This document shows positions 19,051-27,365 of a stretch of 64,000 bases of DNA, in pieces; the stretch's first letter is position 1, and every line of letters begins with the position of its first letter. Source of the DNA: an uncultured Porticoccaceae bacterium (GTDB lineage: Bacteria > Pseudomonadota > Gammaproteobacteria > Pseudomonadales > Porticoccaceae); contig CBFIGD010000003.1 in the NCBI GenBank assembly GCA_965662065.1, positions 60,141-124,140 of the forward strand. Direction: 5' to 3'. The position numbers and the translations under genes were made by a program. Under the pieces are notes generated by a model. The model was not told where the DNA came from. It did not search any database and saw nothing but the letters and a program-made list of their open reading frames with translations.

Positions 19051-20046
19051 ATGAACAGAGACATGCTTCTTATTGATGGGTTGCAGTACGTCAATTGGAA
19101 CCGCGGGTTATTTGAGCAGGCTCAGCGTGCAGGGTTACATGCGATTCATGTGACTATTGCCTACTGGGAAAATAGCCGTGAGACGCTGGAAAATATAGGC
19201 CATTGGAATCGCCATTTTATCGATCATGGTGATCTGATTATGCCAGTCCATGAGGCGGCAGATATTCTTGAGGCCAAGCGTCTTGGCAAAGTCGGCATTA
19301 TCTTTGGTTTTCAAAACTGCTCGCCGATTGAAGACGATGTCAAAATGGTACAGATCCTCCACCAACTGGGGGTGCGGATTATGCAGCTTAGCTACAATAA
19401 CCAGAGCCTGCTGGCGACCGGTTGTTATGAAGAGCAAGACGGTGGCATTACCAGATTTGGCAGGCAGGTTATAAAAGAGATGAACCGTGTGGGCATGATT
19501 ATTGATATGTCTCACAGCGCCGAAAAGTCGACTCTCGAAGCGATTGAAATATCTGAGCGACCCATCGCCATTACCCATGCAAACCCAACTTTTTTCCATG
19601 CCGCGCTGCGCAATAAATCTGATACCGTGCTGCGCGCCATCGGCGAATCGAGAGGAATGCTGGGGTTTAGTATGTATCCGTTTCACTTAAAAAATGGATC
19701 TGATTGCACCTTGGAAGAGTTCTGTCAGATGATCATGCAGACTGCTGAGATGATTGGTGTTGAGCGTCTGGGTATTGGCTCTGATCTTTGTGAAAACTGG
19801 GATTATTCGGTGCTTGAATGGATGCGCAGTGGCCGCTGGACCATGGGTATCGACCATGGCGAAGGAACCGCAGCCAGTCCGTCATGGCCGCGTCAGCCAA
19901 ATTGGTTCGCCGGATCAAAGGATATGCACACTGTGGCGCAGGGCCTTGAAGAAGTAGGCTTTAGCGACGCAGAGGTGGCGGCAATTATGGGGCAGAACTG
20001 GCAGTCATTTTTTGAACAATCATTTATCGGTAAGGATAAAGCATGA
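19051..20046 (+). CDS. M19 (renal/membrane dipeptidase) family metallohydrolase homologue
   Basis: LIDGLQY..., LGVRIMQLSYNNQS, IIDMSHS and ITHANP are the dipeptidase-family metal-ligand regions. The start is 13 nt after the ALDH stop; GTG 19048 is also possible. Confidence 0.85.
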   Translation: MNRDMLLIDGLQYVNWNRGLFEQAQRAGLHAIHVTIAYWENSRETLENIGHWNRHFIDHGDLIMPVHEAADILEAKRLGKVGIIFGFQNCSPIEDDVKMVQILHQLGVRIMQLSYNNQSLLATGCYEEQDGGITRFGRQVIKEMNRVGMIIDMSHSAEKSTLEAIEISERPIAITHANPTFFHAALRNKSDTVLRAIGESRGMLGFSMYPFHLKNGSDCTLEEFCQMIMQTAEMIGVERLGIGSDLCENWDYSVLEWMRSGRWTMGIDHGEGTAASPSWPRQPNWFAGSKDMHTVAQGLEEVGFSDAEVAAIMGQNWQSFFEQSFIGKDKA

Positions 20047-21578
20047 TTAATCAGGTAGCAGATAATCCGTCGACAAGCATAGATTGGCCCGTCTTTATTT
20101 TGAGTGGCGGCTTCTTGCTGTTGTTTGTGGCCACTGCGCTATTTGATTTGAGTTTTCTCTCGGCTGTGGTTAACAGTGCCTTTGGCGGAGCGACCAAATT
20201 ATTTGGCGCTTACTGGCAGGTGTTAATGCTACTGACCTTTATTATTGCCCTGGGCATTGCGGCCTCAGATTCTGGGCGAGCACGATTGGGAAATCTGAGT
20301 GCACCGGATATCAGCACCTACAAGTGGGTGGCCATTATTATGTGCACCCTACTGGCTGGTGGCGGTGTATTTTGGGCCGCAGCCGAGCCTATGGCCCACT
20401 TCATATCCTCACCACCATTATTTGCCGTCGAGTCGGCAAGCCCAGAGGCTGTGTATCCGGCGCTGGCACAAAGTTATATGCACTGGGGCTTTTTGTCCTG
20501 GTCGATCCTTGGTAGTTTGACCGCCATTATTTTTATGTATCTGCACTACGACAAAGGTCTGCCGCTTAAACCGCGCATTTTACTGTATCCGGTTTTTGGT
20601 GAGTTAGTACTGCACGGCTGGCTGGGCGCGTTTATTGATGCTGCCTGTGTAGTGGCTGTAGTGTCTGGGACGGTAGGGCCAATTGGCTTTTTGGGTTTGC
20701 AGGTGAGTTTTGGTCTCTCTGAGCTGTTTGGTGTCAGTGACAGCTATAGCACGCAGCTGGCTATTATTTTGGGCCTGATCGCAATTTACACAGTCTCTGC
20801 GGTGTCTGGTGTTACGCGCGGCATTCAAATTCTCAGCGCATTTAATATTGGTTTAGCCATGGTACTGATGGCATTTATTCTACTGGCTGGGCCAACCGCA
20901 TTTATCTTTGACAGCTTTATTCAGTCGGTCGGTGTGCTGGTAACCGAATTTATCCCCATGGCCAGCTACCGCGCGGATACAGGCTGGGTAAATGGCTGGA
21001 CAGTATTTTTCTGGGGCTGGTTTATCGGCTATGGGCCATTAATGGCGATGTTTATTGCGCGTATCTCGCGCGGTCGCACAGTTCGCGAATTGATTGTTAC
21101 CCTATCACTAATAGCGCCTTTAGTGACTTACTTCTGGTTCACGATAGTCGGTGGCTCCGGCATCGCTTTGGAGCTGGCCAATCCCGGGGTAATTTCCGCA
21201 CCCTATGCTGAGTCTGGGATGCCGGCGGCTCTGTTAGCAATTACTCAGCAATTGCCCTGGGGATTTTTGATGTCGGTGCTATTTTTGGTGCTGACAACTA
21301 TCTTTGTTGCCACCACCGGTGACTCCATGACCTACACCGTTTCTATGGTTATGACCGGCACTGATAATCCGCCGACAGCACTGCGTGTATTTTGGGGAAT
21401 CATGATGGGTGTATTGGCTGCAATATTGATCTCAATCGGTTCTGGTGGCGTCTCGGCATTACAGTCATTTATTGTCGTAACTGCCGTTCCCGTGTCGCTT
21501 ATATTAATGCCGTCGCTTTGGAATGCTCCTAAACTAGTGAAAATTATGGCCGCAGAACAGGGTCTTACACAATCTTAA
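20043..21578 (+). CDS. BCCT-family (betaine/carnitine/choline-type) transporter
   Basis: BCCT signature GWTVFFWGWFIGYGPLMAMFIARISRGRTVRE and ~12 TM helices. The ATG overlaps the dipeptidase stop (ATGA). Confidence 0.9.
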   Translation: MINQVADNPSTSIDWPVFILSGGFLLLFVATALFDLSFLSAVVNSAFGGATKLFGAYWQVLMLLTFIIALGIAASDSGRARLGNLSAPDISTYKWVAIIMCTLLAGGGVFWAAAEPMAHFISSPPLFAVESASPEAVYPALAQSYMHWGFLSWSILGSLTAIIFMYLHYDKGLPLKPRILLYPVFGELVLHGWLGAFIDAACVVAVVSGTVGPIGFLGLQVSFGLSELFGVSDSYSTQLAIILGLIAIYTVSAVSGVTRGIQILSAFNIGLAMVLMAFILLAGPTAFIFDSFIQSVGVLVTEFIPMASYRADTGWVNGWTVFFWGWFIGYGPLMAMFIARISRGRTVRELIVTLSLIAPLVTYFWFTIVGGSGIALELANPGVISAPYAESGMPAALLAITQQLPWGFLMSVLFLVLTTIFVATTGDSMTYTVSMVMTGTDNPPTALRVFWGIMMGVLAAILISIGSGGVSALQSFIVVTAVPVSLILMPSLWNAPKLVKIMAAEQGLTQS

Positions 21579-23351
21579 TTGGAAAGCGCTTTGCACAGCA
21601 ATCAGTACCCGACAGGACAGCAAGCAGCCAGCAGTGCGCAGGTACTGCGGCTGCGTCCTGCCAGTCAGGTTATGCAGCTGGAGCGACTGGGTAGTTTTCA
21701 CCAATCACGACTGAGCTTTATGCGTACGCTGGTGCGCCGCATGGTCAATGAGAACTGGCAGATTACCACTCAGTTATTTGACCTCGATGAGCAGGGCTAT
21801 GGCACTGTGGTCTATCAGGTCGAGGCTAGATACGGCATCTTTAGTTTTGTGTTGTTCTCCCATTATCTGGATCCAGAAAGCCGCAATGATCGTGTTATCG
21901 CCAATCAATGGGACCTTACCATGGCCCTGTGTGAAGGCATTGTCGATGCTGAGCAACTGGCATTTTTACGCAGCAATGTCCCCAGGCAGGAGGCGGGCCG
22001 TGTTGACTCGCGCGTGCTGGTATTATCTCGCGCCAACCGCAGTGCACGAACCTTTGACTATGTGGTTGATGAGCTGACCCATGGCCGTCAGCCCTGTGTT
22101 GATGTGATTGCCGAGGTTGGTTATCTGTATCGCACCACCGCGGCCTATGGCAGTGGCAAACTGGGAATGGCTGACTGGGAAAAGGTACAGGTCAAGCACC
22201 GCGACTTTGCCCGACCTTTTGCGGCAGAGATGTTTACCTGTTTTATGCTGCGCCACTTTAGTATGCAACAGGCGGATTATTTGGCTGACCAGAGAGCGCC
22301 GCGAACTGCGGTGCTTCTCGATGATGACATTAAGCGCTATATAGGTATAGGTAATTCCACCGGCCTGGGTATGGCGCCATTTTTAATTAATCATCCGCTA
22401 CTCATTAACCAGTGGATTGAAATGCGTGAAACCGCATTGGCAAGAGCGGTTGCGGCCGGTGAAGCCGGTGTTGATGAGGCTACACTAGCCCGTTTAGATG
22501 CGGCAACTCAGCGCGTTATCCAGCATCTGAGTGAAATTGTTACCGGTGACGAACGACAAAACAATGCCAATGTGCTGGTGCGTGAAGAATTAGCGCTATT
22601 GCACCAATGGCTGCAGGAGCAGGGTTCGGTATTGGTGAACAATCATCATGTGTGGGCTGATCTTATTCAGTATGCCGAGCAGAGTTGGCATATAGAAACT
22701 CAGGAACTGATCAATACGCTATTGATCGAGCTTTACCCCGCGTTAGTTGACGGACTGGAAGAGCAGATGAGCGTGGAAGAAGTGCAGCAAGTCACTCCTG
22801 AAATGTCGGTCGCTGAGCTACTGCAAACCATTGAAGAAAAATATGATTGGGCACTGGCCATAGACTTTAGCAGGTATGAGTCCATGGGTGTATTTTGGTA
22901 CCGCTCTCAGGAAAAAATGGAGCCGCGCCTGGGTCAAACCAATATTGATATGGGCATGGAAAAGGAAATGCCACTGGCCATTGGCCGCCATGTACGCGAA
23001 TGCTACAACCAGTTATGTGCCTATAACCACAGCCGTCCAGATCAGAATGTGGCACATTTTATAGTGCAGAATCCGACGTACAGCGGCATTGTTGCCCGCA
23101 TTCAAACCATGGCTTTGAGTCAGTATGGTGAGATTCGTGAGAATCTGGCACACAAAGATGTGCTGCCTATCCATCTGCTGCGCTGCAAGCTGTCCTTTTT
23201 TGGCGTGAGTAAATTTGACCCTCGCTCACGCCTCTGGGTGCGCAATACTATGTTCCAAGGTGCGCCGCTGATCAGTGATTTTGGCAAACCTTTTGCCGAT
23301 GATTGGCAGTTTCCTATCAAACCTGTGTTGACCTGCCCTGAGCAACCATGA
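21579..23351 (+). CDS. Large soluble protein of unknown function (590 aa from TTG 21579; 559 aa if ATG 21672 is used)
   Basis: An uninterrupted ORF that starts directly after the BCCT stop codon. No TM segment, signal peptide or catalytic motif that I recognise. The coding call rests on ORF length and operon position. Confidence 0.7.
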   Translation: MESALHSNQYPTGQQAASSAQVLRLRPASQVMQLERLGSFHQSRLSFMRTLVRRMVNENWQITTQLFDLDEQGYGTVVYQVEARYGIFSFVLFSHYLDPESRNDRVIANQWDLTMALCEGIVDAEQLAFLRSNVPRQEAGRVDSRVLVLSRANRSARTFDYVVDELTHGRQPCVDVIAEVGYLYRTTAAYGSGKLGMADWEKVQVKHRDFARPFAAEMFTCFMLRHFSMQQADYLADQRAPRTAVLLDDDIKRYIGIGNSTGLGMAPFLINHPLLINQWIEMRETALARAVAAGEAGVDEATLARLDAATQRVIQHLSEIVTGDERQNNANVLVREELALLHQWLQEQGSVLVNNHHVWADLIQYAEQSWHIETQELINTLLIELYPALVDGLEEQMSVEEVQQVTPEMSVAELLQTIEEKYDWALAIDFSRYESMGVFWYRSQEKMEPRLGQTNIDMGMEKEMPLAIGRHVRECYNQLCAYNHSRPDQNVAHFIVQNPTYSGIVARIQTMALSQYGEIRENLAHKDVLPIHLLRCKLSFFGVSKFDPRSRLWVRNTMFQGAPLISDFGKPFADDWQFPIKPVLTCPEQP

Positions 23352-23364
23352 AAGTCTCGCCATT

Positions 23365-24096
23365 ATGAAGGTGTCTAAAAATGAGCTGATGGCCTCATTA
23401 AAAAAGGCATTTGAAGGCCTGGGCTTCCAGCCTGGAGACTATCAGAACGCCGCAGATATGGTGGTCTGGTTGCAGACCCATGGTTTCGATGGCTTTGATC
23501 GATTGCAGTCGGCTTTGGCCTCTCTGAACATCACAGGGCCAACCCATGCGGCGCTGGTACAGGAAGATGAGCACAGTACGGTATTAGATGGTAAAGACAG
23601 TTCTATTTTACTTTGCGGTAGCGAGGCGATTGACTTGCTGGTTGCCCAGGTGATGCAGGGTTCTGGGGCACTATTACAACTCAATAACTGTTATAACCGA
23701 ACCTTTATCTTGCAGCGTCTGATCAAGGCGTCGCAGCGCAATGTCGCTTTTATTGCCTATTGGCGACAGGACGATCACTGTGTAAAGGTGTCTGTTGCGG
23801 CGCGAGCCAGTCTTCCCGAGTATCATAATTTTGCAATGACAGAGCCACTGGAACCGCAGTCCCTTACGGTGCTTGCGGGCATGGATTTAGCGGCTATCGA
23901 ACAGCAATTTGCGGCACAGTTTAAGCTGGGCCCGCTGCTAAAAACCTATACTGAGGCGCAAATGACAGCCTGTTATCTTGACTCCGTTGAGCAGGGCATA
24001 GAGATCGACGAGGCCCTGTGGCAGATGCTCGAAGCGTTAATTACCAGAATTCTGGTTGAATCCACCGAAAGCTCAAGAGCCGGCGCCGGAGACTAG
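23365..24096 (+). CDS. Protein of unknown function, 243 aa (possibly the DUF3726-type family; unverified)
   Basis: Last gene of the operon, linked to the upstream gene through a 6-codon bridging ORF. The N-terminus LKKAFEGLGFQPGDYQNAADMVVWLQTHGFDG is only weakly reminiscent of the Ldh_2 N-terminal helix pair. Confidence 0.65.
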   Translation: MKVSKNELMASLKKAFEGLGFQPGDYQNAADMVVWLQTHGFDGFDRLQSALASLNITGPTHAALVQEDEHSTVLDGKDSSILLCGSEAIDLLVAQVMQGSGALLQLNNCYNRTFILQRLIKASQRNVAFIAYWRQDDHCVKVSVAARASLPEYHNFAMTEPLEPQSLTVLAGMDLAAIEQQFAAQFKLGPLLKTYTEAQMTACYLDSVEQGIEIDEALWQMLEALITRILVESTESSRAGAGD

Positions 24097-24120
24097 GGCG
24101 CAGCTCATTGTGATTAATGC

Positions 24121-25017
24121 CTATCCCGGCATGTCCATTTCAGCCTGATTGATTAACCAGTAGCGAAAAGCTTCCACATGAGGGTGAACATGCTGGTTGA
24201 CTGGCGTGGCTAAAAAGAATGACTCTGCGGTTGCTACAGGCTCTGTAAAAGGTGCGACTAAACGACCGCTGGCAAGCATATTTGCCGCCAGTGATGTGCG
24301 GCTAAGGGCGACACCATGCCCCAGGGCTGCCATTTCCATGGCAGTCATTAATGAATCAAAATGCACGCCTTGAGAGGAGTCTACCTCATGATAGCCGAGC
24401 TGATTTAGCCAAAAGCCCCACCCCTCCTCATAGCCAATAACATGCAAAAGAGTATGTTCCGAGAGTTCAGCAGGTGTCGCCGGCGGTCTTTTTTCGTCCA
24501 GCAGCGTTGGGCTGCATACAGGAATAAGATCATCCCAGGTAAGCCGGTTGCTGGAAAAGCCGGGCCACAACCCTTTGCCATATCTTATTTCCACGTCCGC
24601 TTCTTTATCCGGATCTGCAACCCAGATATTACTGGTAAAGCGCAGCCCTATATCAGGGTGCAGGGCACGAAAGTCGGCCAGTCTTGGAGCCAGCCAGTGA
24701 TTAAAGAAAACCAGATTAACTCTCACAGTAAGGGTTCTACTGCGCTCCTTGCCAAATATCTCATCGGTAACCACAGCAAGTTTTTCAATCGACTCGCGTA
24801 CGCCTGGAATATAGGCTCGCCCGGAATCAGTAAGTTCTAAACCGCGCGGCAGGCGTTTAAACAGGGCACAGCCAAGTTGCGCCTCCAGACCTTTGATTTG
24901 CTGGCTGACGGCGGCCTGAGTCATATGCAGTTCAGCCGCGGCCTGGGTAAAGTTTAGGTGGCGCGCTGAGGCTTCAAATGCGCGTAGCCAGTTTAGGGGT
25001 GGCAGTCTTTTTTTCAT
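24121..25017 (-). CDS. dddR: LysR-family transcriptional regulator, DddR-like by position
   Basis: HTH LNWLRAFEASARHLNFTQAAAELHMTQAAVSQQIKGLE. Start moved to ATG 25017, because the longer ORF would overlap the IclR gene. It is the last gene of the dddT-B-C string, as in the Marinomonas dddTBCR layout. Confidence 0.8.
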   Translation of the reverse strand: MKKRLPPLNWLRAFEASARHLNFTQAAAELHMTQAAVSQQIKGLEAQLGCALFKRLPRGLELTDSGRAYIPGVRESIEKLAVVTDEIFGKERSRTLTVRVNLVFFNHWLAPRLADFRALHPDIGLRFTSNIWVADPDKEADVEIRYGKGLWPGFSSNRLTWDDLIPVCSPTLLDEKRPPATPAELSEHTLLHVIGYEEGWGFWLNQLGYHEVDSSQGVHFDSLMTAMEMAALGHGVALSRTSLAANMLASGRLVAPFTEPVATAESFFLATPVNQHVHPHVEAFRYWLINQAEMDMPG

Positions 25018-25030
25018 GGCGCTTCTCTTG

Positions 25031-25825
25031 CTAGCTAGTGCTGTTATCGGGGTCGTCAATAAGGCGCCCCAGTTCTTCTGCGGCGCTGCGCAGAATAGGA
25101 AGATAGTCGAGCAGTTCGGGTAAGCTTTTACGAATGACCGGGGCATGGGTAAACAGGCAGGCAAAGAGCTTGCCTGCACTATCCAGTACCGGGACTGCGC
25201 AGGCGACCATACCATCGGCAAACTCTTCGTTATCTGTGCCCACCCCAGTGTTTTTTATTCGCCCAAGCGCCATTTCTAAAGCGTCGGGGCTGGTTATAGT
25301 ATTTCTGCTGTACTGGCTTAGTGGCAGCTTATTAACCAGGATCTGACGCCGTTCTTTGGGCAGTGAACTGAGGTACAGTTTGCCGCTGGCAGTGCACCAG
25401 GTTGGTGTGTGGCTGCCTACCTGTAGATGTATCTGCAAGGGCCAGTCGGTTTGAACCCTATCGTAGTAGATCATGTCGGTGCCGTTGGGAATGGCAATGC
25501 CGCAGGTCTCACCAATCTGTTCGGTAAGCTTGGTCAAAATAGCCTGGCGTACGGCTTTAAACTTGCTGCTGTAAAGTATGCCCAGTGCCACGCCATGCAG
25601 ACGATTGCCCGGCATAATCAAGCCACGCATTGAGGTCTGTACATAGCCGTCGGCCTGGAGCTGATTGAGCAGGCGATGCACGCTGGGCTTGGGAATATCA
25701 AGCTGATAGGCGAGGTCGGCTGGCGACAGCGGCCGCTCAGCCCTGGCCACGGCCTCAATAATTTCCATGACTCTGGATATCGAGGAGCCTTTCTCGCGAG
25801 GCGCTGCTGTGGTTGCTTCAGGCAT
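25031..25825 (-). CDS. IclR-family transcriptional regulator
   Basis: An N-terminal winged HTH (ISRVMEIIEAVARAERPLSPADLAYQLDIPKPSVHRLLNQL) plus an IclR effector domain. Confidence 0.9.
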   Translation of the reverse strand: MPEATTAAPREKGSSISRVMEIIEAVARAERPLSPADLAYQLDIPKPSVHRLLNQLQADGYVQTSMRGLIMPGNRLHGVALGILYSSKFKAVRQAILTKLTEQIGETCGIAIPNGTDMIYYDRVQTDWPLQIHLQVGSHTPTWCTASGKLYLSSLPKERRQILVNKLPLSQYSRNTITSPDALEMALGRIKNTGVGTDNEEFADGMVACAVPVLDSAGKLFACLFTHAPVIRKSLPELLDYLPILRSAAEELGRLIDDPDNSTS

Positions 25826-25840
25826 TGCTAGTTCCTGTGA

Positions 25841-27337
25841 CTATTTCATCGTCGGCATGGAGAACATGGCACCTTCCCGCACACCGGCAGAGGGCCAGCG
25901 CTGAGTGATGGTTTTGCGCTTGGTATAAAAACGCACAGCATCCGGACCATAGGCATGCAAATCACCAAATAGCGAGCGCTTCCAACCACCAAAGCTGTGA
26001 TAGGCAACGGGTACAGGCAACGGTACATTGATACCTACCATGCCCACCAGTATTTGATCGGAGAAATAGCGCGCCGCTTCGCCATCTCGGGTAAAGATGC
26101 AGGTGCCATTGCCATATTCATGGTTATTAATAATATCCATGGCTTCTTGCATGGTCTCTACTCTTACTATTTGCAGTACCGGACCGAAGATTTCTGCGGC
26201 GTAGCTATCCATGTCAACGGTGACATTGTCGATCAGTGTGCCGCCGACAAAGAAGCCATTTTCATGCCCTTCAATTTGCGGGTTGCGACCATCGACCACC
26301 ACGCTGGCACCCTGCTGTTCGGCGCTGTCAATAAAGCCAATTACCTTTTGCTGATGCTGTTTGGTAATCACCGGACCAAAGTCATTGCTGGCATTGGTGC
26401 AGGGGCCAACTTTTAGCTCCTGCATGGCAGTCGCCATTTTGCTGACCAGAGCATCCGCAGCGGCATCGCCCACGGCTACAGCAACTGAGAGCGCCATGCA
26501 GCGTTCACCGGAGGAGCCAAAGGCTGCCCCCAGTAGCTGTGCAACCGCATTGTCCATGTCGGCATCGGGCATGATGATGGCATGGTTTTTCGCGCCACCC
26601 AGTGCTTGGCAGCGTTTGCCGTTGGCATTGGCAGTGCTGTAAATATACTCGGCAATAGGGGTAGAGCCGACAAAGCTGACAGCCTTGATAGCGTCATGGT
26701 GGAGCAGGGCGTCGACGGCTTCTTTATCGCCGTTGACTACATTCATCACGCCATCGGGCAGGCCGGCCTCTTTAAGCAGGGCGGCGATAAATAACGTGGA
26801 GCTAGGGTCACGTTCTGAGGGCTTTAAGATAAAGCAGTTACCACACACAATCGCCATTGGATACATCCACAGTGGCACCATGGCAGGGAAGTTAAACGGG
26901 GTAATACCGGCAACTACACCCAGCGGCTGAAATTCGCTCCAGCTATCAATATTCGCGGCGACATTTTTGCTGTGCTCGCCTTTTAAGAGTTCTGGCGCGC
27001 AGCAGGCATATTCAACATTCTCAATACCACGCTGCAATTCGCCGGCGGCATCATGGCTAATTTTGCCATGCTCTTCACCGATCAGGGCGCAGATTTTATC
27101 GGCATTTTGTTCGAGTAACGCTTTAAAATTAAACATGACGCGGGCGCGTTTAATCGCTGGAGTATCGCGCCACGCGGGGTAAGCCGCCTGAGCAGCAGCG
27201 ATAGCCTGTTCAACCGTAGCCTGAGATGCCAGGGCAACCTGTTTACTGACTTCGCCGGTAGCTGGGTTGTAAACATCTTGGGTGCGCGCGCTCTCGGAGG
27301 TTAGCTGGCCGTTAATTAAATGTCCTACTACTGTCAT
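25841..27337 (-). CDS. dddC: CoA-acylating (methyl)malonate-semialdehyde dehydrogenase, DddC-like
   Basis: 498 aa of MmsA type: FNFPAMVPLWMYP, ALGGAKNHAII (no catalytic-Glu ELGG) and SSGERCMALS. Positioned after dddB. Confidence 0.85.
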   Translation of the reverse strand: MTVVGHLINGQLTSESARTQDVYNPATGEVSKQVALASQATVEQAIAAAQAAYPAWRDTPAIKRARVMFNFKALLEQNADKICALIGEEHGKISHDAAGELQRGIENVEYACCAPELLKGEHSKNVAANIDSWSEFQPLGVVAGITPFNFPAMVPLWMYPMAIVCGNCFILKPSERDPSSTLFIAALLKEAGLPDGVMNVVNGDKEAVDALLHHDAIKAVSFVGSTPIAEYIYSTANANGKRCQALGGAKNHAIIMPDADMDNAVAQLLGAAFGSSGERCMALSVAVAVGDAAADALVSKMATAMQELKVGPCTNASNDFGPVITKQHQQKVIGFIDSAEQQGASVVVDGRNPQIEGHENGFFVGGTLIDNVTVDMDSYAAEIFGPVLQIVRVETMQEAMDIINNHEYGNGTCIFTRDGEAARYFSDQILVGMVGINVPLPVPVAYHSFGGWKRSLFGDLHAYGPDAVRFYTKRKTITQRWPSAGVREGAMFSMPTMK

Positions 27338-27365
27338 TGTTTTGTCCTCAAACCTGTTAGTGGAA

